Counted from the stretch's first letter, positions 1 to 10,297 are shown. The stretch: DNA of 64,000 bases from an uncultured cyanobacterium (GCA_963807635.1 CAWEDJ010000105.1:29965-93964); one strand, 5' to 3'. The notes: generated by a model not told the origin, from the letters alone. Translations and numbers: made by a program.

Positions 1-835
1 CCAATGTCCCCATACCCAAGGCAATCATGGTGATCAGGCGGACGATTTGGCTAATTTGCACTTCTAAGGTGCTGGGTTCTCGGATGACCTTGGTGGTGAG
101 ATGAGCGACGTGGCCAAATTCCGTCTGCGCTCCCGTTGCATAGACCACACCAACTCCTCTGCCTGCGGAAATTGTGGAACCTGCTAGGACTAAATTGCGA
201 ACTTCTTCCGCTTTAACAGGATCTTGTAAGGAACTTTCTCCTGCATGAACCAATACATTCCCCCCCCGCACAGGAACCACTTCTCGAATTTGGGCAGGTT
301 CAGGAGAACGGGCAACGGGCAAAGATTCCCCCGTCATCACCGATACATCCACATACAAACTCTCTGCCGACACTAATCGCAAATCCGCCGAAATGCGATC
401 GCCTTCTTCCAGTTGCACCAGATCGCCCCGCACCAATTCCCGCGCCAGGATCGTTTTTAATTGCCCTTCTCGATAGACTTTGACTTGAACGGGTAAAACT
501 TTTTTCAGGGCATCTAGGGCTTTTTCGGCTCGAAATTCCTGACTAAAACTAAATAGGGCATTAATCCAAATCACTGCCCAAATGGCCCAACCGAGGGCGG
601 CAGTATGGGAAATAAAGGCTAAAATCCCTGCAACCCAGAGCAATAGGGCCATGAAGTGGGTTAACTGATCAGCAAATCGCAACCAGAGGGGACGACGAAT
701 CGGTTCGGGCAGTTCATTGGGGCCATAGTGTTCTAATCTCAGGGCGGCTTCTTCTTCGGATAAACCCTGGGCGGAGGTTTCCAGGCGAGCATAAACCGCA
801 TCGGTGGCGATCGACCAGACCGTTGTGTTATTCAT
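1..835 (-). CDS. Cation-transporting P-type ATPase (5' part; runs off the window start)
   Basis: Manual translation from ATG at 835: MNNTTVWSIATDAVYARLETSAQGLSEEEAALRLEHYGPNELP...QEFRAEKALDAL...LVRGDLVQLEEGDRISADLRL...DVSVMTGES, with the TGES actuator motif. Confidence 0.9.
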   Translation of the reverse strand, partial: MNNTTVWSIATDAVYARLETSAQGLSEEEAALRLEHYGPNELPEPIRRPLWLRFADQLTHFMALLLWVAGILAFISHTAALGWAIWAVIWINALFSFSQEFRAEKALDALKKVLPVQVKVYREGQLKTILARELVRGDLVQLEEGDRISADLRLVSAESLYVDVSVMTGESLPVARSPEPAQIREVVPVRGGNVLVHAGESSLQDPVKAEEVRNLVLAGSTISAGRGVGVVYATGAQTEFGHVAHLTTKVIREPSTLEVQISQIVRLITMIALGMGTL

Positions 836-1101
836 ATATTGGTTTAAAAAAAGAGTTTTAAAAAAGGTTTTATTACCTTAAATTTTAATTCCTGTTATCG
901 GATTAGGGTCAATTTATTTTGAGATGCGATCGCGTTTAAATTTCTCTGTTATGAAGCGCAACGACTTAAGCAATCTTAAATTATTAATATATATTACAAT
1001 CCGAGTCCTTTTTTAACTCATTAAAATCGTTTAATGTTCACATCCATTTTATCTGTTTTTCAGAGTAAGAGATATTAGAAAAATGTATTAAACCTAGAAA
1101 G

Positions 1102-1390
1102 TTAGGCAATAGATAAACGTTTAACTTCAATATTACCTATCGTTTTTTCAGTTTGCCAGAGATCGTATTGCATTTGTTGATTGAGCCAACTTTCAGGAGA
1201 AGTTCCAAATGCTTTTCCTAATCGAATGGCGATTTCAGGGGTGATACTTGCTCTTGCCGTTTAAAATAGCAGATAGGTTTTGCTGACTAACTCCTAATGC
1301 TTCGGCAAACTCTATCACGGTCATATTAAGAGGTTCGAGGCAAAGTTCTTTAATAACTTCACCTGGATGGGGGGGATTGTGCATTTTCAT
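1102..1390 (-). CDS. higA: HigA antitoxin (HTH), one apparent +1 frameshift near 1250-1256
   Basis: [45 protein letters not shown] / [38 protein letters not shown] and WLN.Q..YDLW motifs; TAATG overlap with higB. Confidence 0.85.
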
Positions 1391-1669
1391 TAGTGGTAGT
1401 CCTCAAGATTAACGTTATCAGCATCAACGCCTTCAAATATGAATGTAATTCGCCAGTTTCCAGAGACTTTCACTGACCAAGTTCCTTGGCGTTGTCCTGT
1501 CAATTCGTGTCAAGCTAGTCCAGGTAAATTCATATCTTGCGGGCAAGTCGCCGCGTTGAGGCGGGCTAGAATCATCCGAATACGATTTTGCCTGGGTCGA
1601 TTGAATCCCTCGAAGGGTTCCTGATTCAAAGAATTTTTCTAAACCTCGATGTTTAAAACTGACTATCAT
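1390..1669 (-). CDS. higB: HigB toxin (RelE superfamily), apparent frameshift near 1585
   Basis: [28 protein letters not shown] continues in another frame as [63 protein letters not shown]. Confidence 0.85.
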
Positions 1670-1938
1670 TTACTGATTATAATCTATAGTATTTTGAATG
1701 ACAAAGACTATTTAAACAGCAGAACACGGATTAAGATGGATTTAAGGAGCGCACGGATTATTTTTGAAGGAATTTGATCAAAAATTGGTGAAGTTTATGT
1801 AATCAGTTTTATTTGTGTTTGGAGTCGGGAATTTTAGTCGGTGTAGTTAATAAAATTTAAAGATGTAAATAACAGCAAAAAGGCGTATTTATTTCATTTA
1901 TGTACCCTGCGATCTCAAAGATTATCGTGTAAATTTTC

Positions 1939-2730
1939 TTATTTTTCTTCCATATTAAGCTCTTGACAGGTTTTTTGCCATCGATTAGTAAGATTTTGAT
2001 TTAATTGTTTAAAATCCTTACTTGAGAGTAATATACCTGCTGCTGATTTAACAGCTTCGTAGGTTGTACAAGCATTAAGAATAGTTGCAATAGCAGTAGA
2101 AGAATTTTGTCCTATTTTATGTAGAAAATGATAATAAAGTTCATCATAAATTTGTTGACAACGAACTCGAAGAATTTCAAGTTTTACCCATCCAAAAACA
2201 ATTTCACTAGAAAAAACGAATTGTGTAATCCATGTAAGTAGCTCAAGATTATTGTGACGAAAAGTAAAAGCAAGAAGCCAAAGTATTACATACATAAGAA
2301 CAATGACCCGTTTTCGCCCTAACATTGTTAAGGCAATTTCTTTGCTAAAGAAAGCATTTTCCATTGTATTAGCCCCAAGACGCTGTACTGATGGAGAAAA
2401 AGAATTATTATAGTAGAGCGATGTATGCTCTTCAGAAAGAGGAACTCCAAATGAATCAGAAAAAAACTGCTTTCTCCTTACCGACTCCGCTCTTGGTAAA
2501 AAGTATAAACTCAATAACTGAGAAAAAGTAAAGTAGATAAAAACAAAAACAACAAAAAAAATCTGAAGAATGTCTGCTCCTATTTTTCCAACGATTGAAG
2601 TTGAGTATGGAATTGCAAACGATAAAGCAGTATTAATCCAAAAAAGTGAGGTGCTAAGCATCTCAAGTTTCTCAACGGAAGTATAATATTTAGAAACTTC
2701 ATCAATTCTCTGTATATTTAGAGCCTTCAT
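1939..2730 (-). CDS. Putative 4TM membrane effector of a CBASS-type system (S-4TM-like)
   Basis: 263 aa with two pairs of hydrophobic helices; ATGA overlap with the upstream nucleotidyltransferase; AT-rich. Confidence 0.7.
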   Translation of the reverse strand: MKALNIQRIDEVSKYYTSVEKLEMLSTSLFWINTALSFAIPYSTSIVGKIGADILQIFFVVFVFIYFTFSQLLSLYFLPRAESVRRKQFFSDSFGVPLSEEHTSLYYNNSFSPSVQRLGANTMENAFFSKEIALTMLGRKRVIVLMYVILWLLAFTFRHNNLELLTWITQFVFSSEIVFGWVKLEILRVRCQQIYDELYYHFLHKIGQNSSTAIATILNACTTYEAVKSAAGILLSSKDFKQLNQNLTNRWQKTCQELNMEEK

Positions 2731-3512
2731 AATGGTGATATGATTTTTTTAATTTCTGACTCAGCAGAATAAGGCATTTGCTGGTTTTCGTAATCCTTTG
2801 CATTTTTGGCATACTGTTTAGCACGCTCAACCTTATCCTTAATATATTGAGCCGTATCGTAGGTACAACTAAATTTCGACCAACATTCATAAAAATAGTC
2901 TTTTAAAAGTGAACATCCAAAAAATGATTGATTCACAATATATTGTTCTATTGAGAATGACGGAAATGGTTGATTATTGATTGCATTCCAGTATTTAATC
3001 AATCTAACTAATGGTTTGATTTGATAATTATGATTTTTGTTTTTCTCTTGAATTAAACTATTAGTTTCTAACGGGTCTGTCCTTATCCATTCGAGCCAAT
3101 CTAAAGCTGGTGAAGGAATCTGAAAGCCATCTTGGTAAATTGTGGGGACAAGTTCAAAGTTGATGTGATTTAAAGAAAGAACAATCGTTGGATATGATTG
3201 ATAAATTTCTGAAGTATAATATTTTTTCTCAGCAAAACGTCTAAGTCGGTCAAGATAAGTCTGAGGCTTTTTCTGACCATCAGAAGTATTAAAAACAACC
3301 ATATAATCTATGTCTGAATATTTGTCTGCCTTACGAGGAAGAATTGTGCCACGAGTGCTAGAGCCAAATTGAGATTTTCCTATTATGTCCGTATCGAAAT
3401 ATAAATCCAGTCTCGACGAAAGTGTACTGATTGAAGTTGAAATACTAGACTTTTCTGCATCAGATAAGACAAGATCACTTGCCATGCTTGTTAAATAAGA
3501 GTTGACTGACAT
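2727..3512 (-). CDS. SMODS / cGAS-DncV-like nucleotidyltransferase (CD-NTase)
   Basis: FGSSTRGT...SDIDYMVVF, FELVP, RTDP, KPLVRLIKYWN, SFSIE motifs; likely start MSVNSYL at 3512 (ORF track starts at 3590). Confidence 0.88.
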   Translation of the reverse strand: MSVNSYLTSMASDLVLSDAEKSSISTSISTLSSRLDLYFDTDIIGKSQFGSSTRGTILPRKADKYSDIDYMVVFNTSDGQKKPQTYLDRLRRFAEKKYYTSEIYQSYPTIVLSLNHINFELVPTIYQDGFQIPSPALDWLEWIRTDPLETNSLIQEKNKNHNYQIKPLVRLIKYWNAINNQPFPSFSIEQYIVNQSFFGCSLLKDYFYECWSKFSCTYDTAQYIKDKVERAKQYAKNAKDYENQQMPYSAESEIKKIISPL

Positions 3513-3624
3513 AAGTTTAGAAATCTGAGACCTTTTAAGATAAACAATGTAAATACTACTAGTCTTTTCGTCAGACATAACCTTTTTCAAAGACTATTTT
3601 TAGTGTAGCTCATTCGTTAGAGTT

Positions 3625-3728
3625 GATCGCCGTTTCATCCCTCTCGATCGCAAAGCCAGACTTTTATTAATGATTAGAAATTATTATGGTGAATCCGACA
3701 AATGGTATTGTCAAGACGATTTAGTTTA
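3625..3728. repeat. Imperfect direct repeat copy 1 of the ndhF3 upstream region (copy 2 at 4332-4432)
   Basis: caaagc(c)agacttttat.aatgattaga.att.ttat.gt.aatccgacaaa..ggtattgtcaagacgattt is shared by both copies. Confidence 0.85.
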
Positions 3729-3743
3729 ATTTTCTTATTGTTG

Positions 3744-4028
3744 TTAATAAACTTCGTCATGAGTACCAAGATTAAGCAACAAAATTGATGACAAAGGCTT
3801 GTCCGAATTGTCTATAAATTGAAATAAAATTCTGTAATTATAATCAACAGAACACGACCAAACATCACTCAATTCTCCCATTAATTTATGAGTTCTCAAG
3901 CTAGGATGAAAAGCATCTTCAGCTAACTTTTGTAAAGTTTTCGCAATTAAAGGGCGTAACTGGGGATTCTTGCGAATGAGACGTTTAAAAGCTCGCAACG
4001 ATTTGGGAGTCCAACCAATTTCCCTCAA
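3744..4028 (-). CDS. RelE/YafQ-family mRNA interferase toxin
   Basis: HPSLRTHKLMGELSDVWSCSVDYNYRILF...GTHDEVY; overlaps the antitoxin stop. Confidence 0.85.
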   Translation of the reverse strand: MREIGWTPKSLRAFKRLIRKNPQLRPLIAKTLQKLAEDAFHPSLRTHKLMGELSDVWSCSVDYNYRILFQFIDNSDKPLSSILLLNLGTHDEVY

Positions 4029-4246
4029 TTATCCAACTCCTCTAAAAAATCATTAACAGAACCAAACTTAACTTGTCCTGACTTATATTCAGCTTGAACT
4101 TCCTGAATTTCGGCAAGAAGTTGTTGACGTTGAGGCAAACTAAAACGATTATTTAACGTTGCAATTAATTCCTTTTGATCCTCTAGGGATAAAGCCTCTA
4201 CCGCTTCCAATGCTTTCTGATATAGAGAAGTTTGTGTTGTAGTCAT
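4025..4246 (-). CDS. Cognate antitoxin (small acidic protein)
   Basis: 73 aa, immediately upstream of and overlapping the toxin; C-terminal GSVNDFLEEL. Confidence 0.7.
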   Translation of the reverse strand: MTTTQTSLYQKALEAVEALSLEDQKELIATLNNRFSLPQRQQLLAEIQEVQAEYKSGQVKFGSVNDFLEELDN

Positions 4247-4411
4247 TTGCTTTTTATTTTAGTAAAAAACTTAATTTCCAGAATTTTAACATATTTTTTC
4301 GATGGGTCGCTTTAAACGATTCGACAAAAGCGATCGCCTTGTCAGCCCCTCACCCAAAGCAGACTTTTATCAATGATTAGAGATTCTTATCGTCAATCCG
4401 ACAAACAGGTA

Positions 4412-4470
4412 TTGTCAAGACGATTTGTTTTACTCTATGATAAATTCCACAAGATAAATTTAAGTCTATG
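4412..4470 (+). promoter_or_regulatory. ndhF3 operon promoter (TTGTCA-N18-TATGAT) with candidate NdhR/CcmR site ATAA-N8-CTAT at 4454-4469
   Basis: The same TTGTCA...TCTATG...TCTATGG layout occurs upstream of ndhR; resembles the ATAG-N8-CTAT CcmR motif. Confidence 0.6.
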
Positions 4471-4588
4471 GTAACGGGAATAACAAACCGTCATCGATCG
4501 CATCTACATTGATAATTGAGATATATCGCATCCATATTGATATATTGAATTGATCACCATCTATTTGATCACTGAGAGGGAGTCCCAA

Positions 4589-6460
4589 ATGTTAGAGAGC
4601 CTCAGCCAGGTCGTCTGGCTAGTACCTTGCTATGCCCTATTAGGGGCAGTTTTAGCCATACCCTGGTTTCCAGGCATTATTCGCCAAACAGGGCCGAGAC
4701 CTGCGGGCTATATTAGCATCACCATGACGGCGATCGCCTTTATCCATAGTTTATTGACTCTGAAAACTATCTGGAACCAGCCCGCCACAGACCTATCTTT
4801 TCCTTGGCTTCATGCCGCCAATTTGAATATTAGCTTAGACATCGAAATTTCAACTGTCAATGTCGCCGCTCTGGTCTTAATCACAGGTATAAACCTCCTT
4901 GCTCAAACCTATGCTGTTGGCTATCTGGAAATGGATTGGGGCTGGGCTAGATTTTACTCCCTGATGGCTCTCTTTCAAGGTGGATTGTGTTCCCTTGTCC
5001 TTTGTGACTCCCTCTTCTTTAGCTATGTTGTCCTAGAAATCTTGACCTTGGGAACCTATTTACTCATTGGTTATTGGTTCAATCAATCCCTAGTGGTTAC
5101 AGGGGCAAGGGATGCCTTTTTAACCAAACGGGTGGGAGATTTAATTCTACTCATGGGAGTTGTGGCCTTACTTCCTCTGGCAGGAACCTGGAACTATCAC
5201 GGGTTAGCAGATTGGGCCGCAACCGCTAATCTTAATCCGACTTTAGCTACCTTACTTTGTTTAGCTCTCATTGCTGGCCCCCTCGGTAAATGCGCTCAGT
5301 TTCCCTTACATCTTTGGTTAGATGAAGCGATGGAAGGCCCACTCCCTGCAACTGTTCTACGTAATACCCTAGTGGTGGCGACAGGTGCCTGGGTATTAGT
5401 TAAAATTCAACCGATTTTAAGCCTTTCTCCTGTTGCTTTATCCGTCATGATTGCCATCGGTGCAACTACCGCGATCGGAGCTTCTTTGATTGCGATCGCG
5501 CAGATAGATATTAAACGTTCTTTGTCCTATACCGTGAGTGCTTTTATGGGGTTAATTTTTATTGCAGTTGGTACGGGTCAAACTGATACCGCATTGCAAT
5601 TAATTTTGACCTATACCCTCGCCATGTCAGTTTTAGTGATGTGTGTGGGCGGCATCATTTGGAATAATGTTACTCAAGATTTAACTCAATATGGTGGGCT
5701 TTGGTCACGTCGTCCGATTTCTGGTTTAAGTTATCTCGTCGGGATTGCTTCTCTCATCGCCTTGCCTCCCTTTGGAACCTTCTGGGCGTGGTTAAAATTA
5801 ACCGAATTCTTAGCAGCTCAAAATTCAATTTTACTTGGAGTTTTACTTCTTGTTAATACCCTGACGGCTTTTAATGTTACCCGCGAATTTTGTTTAATCT
5901 TTGGCGGCAAACCTAAACCCATGACCGTGCGATCGCCTGAAGCCTTATGGCTTTTAGTTGTACCCATGCTAATCACAGTGGGATTTGCCCTTCATGTTCC
6001 TTTGATTTTAAAACAAGCAAATTTATTACCCAATTTTGCCGATATTAACCTAACTGTTACAGGCTTTTTAATCGCTTCTAGTTTAGTGGGTATTTGTAGT
6101 TCTGCTTTTATTTATCTCAATCCCAGCATTACTAAACCTGTTCAATTACCCATTAAATCCCTTCAAGATTTCTTTGCCTACGATTTATACACAGCCCAAC
6201 TTTATAAAATCACCATTGTTGCTTTTGTAGGAATCATTTCTACTATTGTTAATTGGTTTGATAAATTTATTGTGGATGGAGTCGTTAATTTAGTAGGACT
6301 AGCAACGATTTTTGGAGGACAAAGTTTAAAGTATAACGTCACAGGACAAACTCAATTTTATGTTCTTTCAATGATGATGGGGATTGCTTTTATTGGACTT
6401 TTTATTGCTTGGCCTTTCCTTTCCCATCCTGACCTATTCTTAAAATTTGGATTGAGTTAA
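4589..6460 (+). CDS. ndhF3: NAD(P)H-quinone oxidoreductase subunit F3 (CO2 uptake)
   Basis: NdhF/ND5 motifs (KCAQFPLHLWLDEAMEGPLP); first gene of the ndhF3-ndhD3-cupA operon; ATG 4589 follows a GAGGGAG RBS. Confidence 0.93.
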   Translation: MLESLSQVVWLVPCYALLGAVLAIPWFPGIIRQTGPRPAGYISITMTAIAFIHSLLTLKTIWNQPATDLSFPWLHAANLNISLDIEISTVNVAALVLITGINLLAQTYAVGYLEMDWGWARFYSLMALFQGGLCSLVLCDSLFFSYVVLEILTLGTYLLIGYWFNQSLVVTGARDAFLTKRVGDLILLMGVVALLPLAGTWNYHGLADWAATANLNPTLATLLCLALIAGPLGKCAQFPLHLWLDEAMEGPLPATVLRNTLVVATGAWVLVKIQPILSLSPVALSVMIAIGATTAIGASLIAIAQIDIKRSLSYTVSAFMGLIFIAVGTGQTDTALQLILTYTLAMSVLVMCVGGIIWNNVTQDLTQYGGLWSRRPISGLSYLVGIASLIALPPFGTFWAWLKLTEFLAAQNSILLGVLLLVNTLTAFNVTREFCLIFGGKPKPMTVRSPEALWLLVVPMLITVGFALHVPLILKQANLLPNFADINLTVTGFLIASSLVGICSSAFIYLNPSITKPVQLPIKSLQDFFAYDLYTAQLYKITIVAFVGIISTIVNWFDKFIVDGVVNLVGLATIFGGQSLKYNVTGQTQFYVLSMMMGIAFIGLFIAWPFLSHPDLFLKFGLS

Positions 6461-6617
6461 CAGTCTTTATCAAATTTTCTAACACTTGATTGATCAAGAT
6501 TAAGTTTTTTACGAAAAATAAAACAAATGTCCTGGTTAATCCTAAACTAATGTCTTGAGTTATCCCTTAACAGTCTCCAGAAAATTTCAACTAAAGTTAA
6601 GTCAGGAATACTAAACC

Positions 6618-7331
6618 ATGAAAGTCAACAACAATCCTTTGAATGTTAATCGTCGTAGTCTCATCAAATACGGCGGCGGTTTTATCGGAACTAGTTTAAT
6701 CGCAACTATTGTAGGAAATAATCTGATTGATGCTCCTATCGCTGAAGCTCAGAATACAAATATCACTCCCGACCAGGCTTTAGAAAAATTACTCTCTGGA
6801 AACAAGCGTTTTGTTAATCAAAAACGTTTAAAAGGCAATCAGAGCAGAGAACGATTAACAGAAGTCGCCCAAGGACAAGAACCCTTTGCCGCAATCCTCA
6901 GTTGTGCCGATTCCCGTGTGCCTTCCGAACTAGTTTTTGATCAAGGTTTAGGTGACTTATTTGTCTGTCGAGTAGCGGGAAATATTGCTACTCCCGCAGA
7001 AATTGGTAGCTTAGAATTTGGCACCTTAGTTCTTGGCTCTAAAGTATTGATGGTCATGGGTCATCAACGTTGTGGGGCAGTTAAAGCGGCTATTAAAGGC
7101 GGAGAACTTCCTGGACAAATTGGTAGCGTAATCAAAAGTATCAATGTTGGAGATGTCCCCTCCACTAGCACAGATGAGGTAAGTTTAGAGAAAGCGGCTA
7201 AAGCTAATATTGCTCATCAGGTTGAAGTCCTTAAAAAATCTCCTGTTTTGAGCGATTTAATTGCTAAGGGAAAACTAAAAATTGTCGGCTCTTATTATGA
7301 TCTCGATACAGGTAAAGTTTCCCTTATTTAG
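6618..7331 (+). CDS. Beta-class carbonic anhydrase with Tat signal peptide (EcaB-like)
   Basis: CADSRV and GHQRCGAV zinc-ligand motifs; N-terminal NRRSLIKYGGG twin-arginine motif followed by AEA. Confidence 0.9.
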   Translation: MKVNNNPLNVNRRSLIKYGGGFIGTSLIATIVGNNLIDAPIAEAQNTNITPDQALEKLLSGNKRFVNQKRLKGNQSRERLTEVAQGQEPFAAILSCADSRVPSELVFDQGLGDLFVCRVAGNIATPAEIGSLEFGTLVLGSKVLMVMGHQRCGAVKAAIKGGELPGQIGSVIKSINVGDVPSTSTDEVSLEKAAKANIAHQVEVLKKSPVLSDLIAKGKLKIVGSYYDLDTGKVSLI

Positions 7332-7401
7332 TTAGATTGAGTTAATTTCTCTAATCATCCTAACTCCTCACTTTCTTGTTTAACTAACTTTTGAAAAAAA
7401 T

Positions 7402-8889
7402 ATGCTTAGTAATTTATTAATTTTACCAATTGTGGGAGCGGCAATCATTGGCTTTTTCCCAGGAAAGCTAGAAGCCCAAAAACTTCGACAAATCACTGAA
7501 TTTTTTGCAGTCATTACTCTTGGTTGGTCATTGTGGTTACTCTTCCAATTTGACTTAGGCAATCCGCAATTTCAGTTTGAAGAATATTTACCTTGGATTT
7601 CCCAATTAGGATTAAATTATAGTTTAGGAATTGATGGCTTATCCCTACCGTTAATTATTCTCAATTGTTTATTAACAGGAATTGCCATCTATAGCATTGG
7701 CCCCAATTTAAATCGATCGCGATTGTACTATGCCCTGATATTGTTCATTAACGCAGGAATTTCTGGGGCATTAATGGCAGAAAATCTATTATTGTTTATT
7801 ATCTTTTATGAACTAGAATTAATTCCTTTCTATTTAATGATTGCCATTTGGGGCGGAGAAAAAAGGGGTTACGCTTCCATTAAATTTTTGCTCTATACCG
7901 CCATGTCAGGGCTATTAGTTCTAGCCGCATTTTTAGGAATTGGCTTTGCAAGTAATACGACTAGTTTTGATTACAATCCTTTAGCGACCCAAAGCCTTGA
8001 TCCTAATACCCAATTAATTTTATTAGGCTTAATTGTGGTTGGGTTTGGTATTAAAATTCCCTTGGTTCCCCTCCATACCTGGTTGCCTGATGCCTACACA
8101 GAAGCGACTCCTGCGACAGCGATTTTATTAGGCGGAATCTTAGCCAAATTAGGAACCTATGGTCTCATTCGTTTCGGCTTACAACTGTTTCCCCAAGCTT
8201 GGACAATGATTGCCCCCAGCCTCGCGATTATTGGCACCATTACGGTCATGTACGGAGCCTTAGCCGCGATCGCCCAAAGAGACATTAAACGAATGGTCGC
8301 CTACAGTTCCATCGGTCACATGGGCTATATTCTTGTCGCCGCCGCAGCAGGAACCGAACTGAGTGTATTGGGAGCCGTTGCTCAGATGGTCAGTCACGGC
8401 TTAATCTTAGCTCTACTTTTCCATCTCGTAGGCATTGTCGAACGCAAAGCGGGAACTCGTGATCTAGACATTCTCAATGGTTTAATGAATCCGATTCGGG
8501 GACTTCCCTTAGTCAGTGCCTTGCTCATTACCGCAGGGATGGCGAGTGCGGGTATTCCTGGCTTGGTCGGGTTTGCGGCTGAATTTATCGTCTTTCAGGG
8601 AAGCTTTACGACTTTTCCCATTCCCACTCTGCTTTGTATTTTAGCGTCAGGATTAACCGCCGTTTATTTTGTTATTTTATTAAACCGTACTTGCTTCGGT
8701 AAATTGAATAACGATTTCGCCTACTATCCCAAAGTTTTAGCATCCGAAACGATCCCTGCTTTAGTATTAACTGCAATCATTTTATTTTTAGGAATTCAGC
8801 CCAATTTACTGGTCAAATGGATTGAACCAACAACCAATAATATCATCGCTCAATTCCCTACCTCAGAACAAATTGCACAGAAATTGTAG
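7402..8889 (+). CDS. ndhD3: NAD(P)H-quinone oxidoreductase subunit D3
   Basis: ND4 motifs KIPLVPLHTWLPDAY and AYSSIGHMG; operon context. Confidence 0.93.
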   Translation: MLSNLLILPIVGAAIIGFFPGKLEAQKLRQITEFFAVITLGWSLWLLFQFDLGNPQFQFEEYLPWISQLGLNYSLGIDGLSLPLIILNCLLTGIAIYSIGPNLNRSRLYYALILFINAGISGALMAENLLLFIIFYELELIPFYLMIAIWGGEKRGYASIKFLLYTAMSGLLVLAAFLGIGFASNTTSFDYNPLATQSLDPNTQLILLGLIVVGFGIKIPLVPLHTWLPDAYTEATPATAILLGGILAKLGTYGLIRFGLQLFPQAWTMIAPSLAIIGTITVMYGALAAIAQRDIKRMVAYSSIGHMGYILVAAAAGTELSVLGAVAQMVSHGLILALLFHLVGIVERKAGTRDLDILNGLMNPIRGLPLVSALLITAGMASAGIPGLVGFAAEFIVFQGSFTTFPIPTLLCILASGLTAVYFVILLNRTCFGKLNNDFAYYPKVLASETIPALVLTAIILFLGIQPNLLVKWIEPTTNNIIAQFPTSEQIAQKL

Positions 8890-9001
8890 TCACAAACTTC
8901 TTTTTTTTAAAGAGGCTAGGAGCGATCAAACTTTCAAAAGGTCATAAGCATATCAGCCCCTACAAAAAGATTTACTTGATTCACTGTTAAACATTAAACA
9001 T

Positions 9002-10296
9002 ATGACTGCTACCTTAATCACTCCCAAAATTGCACCGTCTAAACATCCCCACGCAGACATTATTCATCGCCTTGAAGCGGGTGGCTCTATGTTACCTGAC
9101 ACGCCTGAAAATTTGATGCAAATTATTGGTATTTATAAAGCCTACGCTGTACCGATGGATTTTTATTGGCGAGATTTATTGTACATTGCCGAACGAGTTT
9201 TTCTTGAACCGTTGCCTTTCTTTAAATACTTCTTGTCCAGGAATATTTAGACTTAGAAAATCATTATGCAGGGGATAATGCTGATCTAAGAATTTGGCGG
9301 GGTATAGGGACAGCCCATCCTGAATTATTAGAATTTATGGAAAAAGGTAAAACCCGAAAAATGCCGAAATTGTTTCATCATCTTTGGCACGATCGCATCA
9401 ATATGGAATTCGCTGAAGCCTGTATGCAAGCGATGTTATGGCATGGTCGGGATATGGGCATGGGAAAATTTGATGCCTACCTGGATAGCGACGAATACAA
9501 AGCCAATGCGGACAAGGCGATTAAAGCCTATTTTAAAAAGAATCCACCCATGTTGGCTCTCTATAAACTCTTTCCCGAAATGTTTTTAGAGCAAGTGAGA
9601 ATGATGTCCTATTACTCTAATTTAGGGCTGTTTTGGGAAGTGATGGCCCCCGTCTTTTTTGAAATGTCAGATATTTACGATGAAGGTGGTTTTAAAGGCG
9701 TTCCTGATGCCATGAATTTTTTGGTAAACGGTATTTTTGCGATCGCGGGTCGTCCTATTTATCATCATGTTTATATTGGTGATGAATGTTTTGAAATCAT
9801 TCCTAAATCTAAGGGTTTTACCTGGCTCTATGAAGCCGCTTTGCCCTACGTGGAAGCAGTGTTTTACCGCACTTCCCCCTTCCGAGGAACCAAGTCCTAT
9901 AATGCCCAGGCAAAACAAGTTCCCGAAGACCAAAAAGATTTCCATTACGGAATTTTATACGCTGATGTTTTTCCCGTTGGGACTGCTGGTATTCCTCCCA
10001 CTTTATTAATGGATGATATGTACCATTTTCTACCCGATTATTTGGTTAAATATTATCAAGAACACTGTCGCGGTGAAGATGACGTTTTGATTCAATTAGG
10101 CATTACCTTTCAGCGATCGATGTATAACGTAACTTCGGCAGTTATTCAGGCATTACGCACTGCCCTTTTGTACCCCTTAGATGATCCTAATCCCCGACAC
10201 TTAGAAAAAAATCGTCAATTTTTTGAATCCCAAATGGATCGCTTTCTACGTCCCGAAGCCCGTTTACGTGATGTTCAAAGTTCAGATTACCGTTAA
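9002..10296 (+). CDS. cupA: CO2 hydration protein CupA/ChpY (apparent frameshift near 9235)
   Basis: ORFs 9002-9250 and 9337-10296 are consecutive parts of CupA (HRLEAGGSMLPDTPENL; HHLWHDRINMEFAE; PFRGTKSYNAQA). Confidence 0.92.
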
Positions 10297-10297
10297 A

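Noticed and set aside
1715..1762. Short imperfect repeats acacggattaa/gatggatttaa/gcacggatta upstream of higB
   Set aside because: Too short and degenerate to assign a function; it may be a repeat relic.
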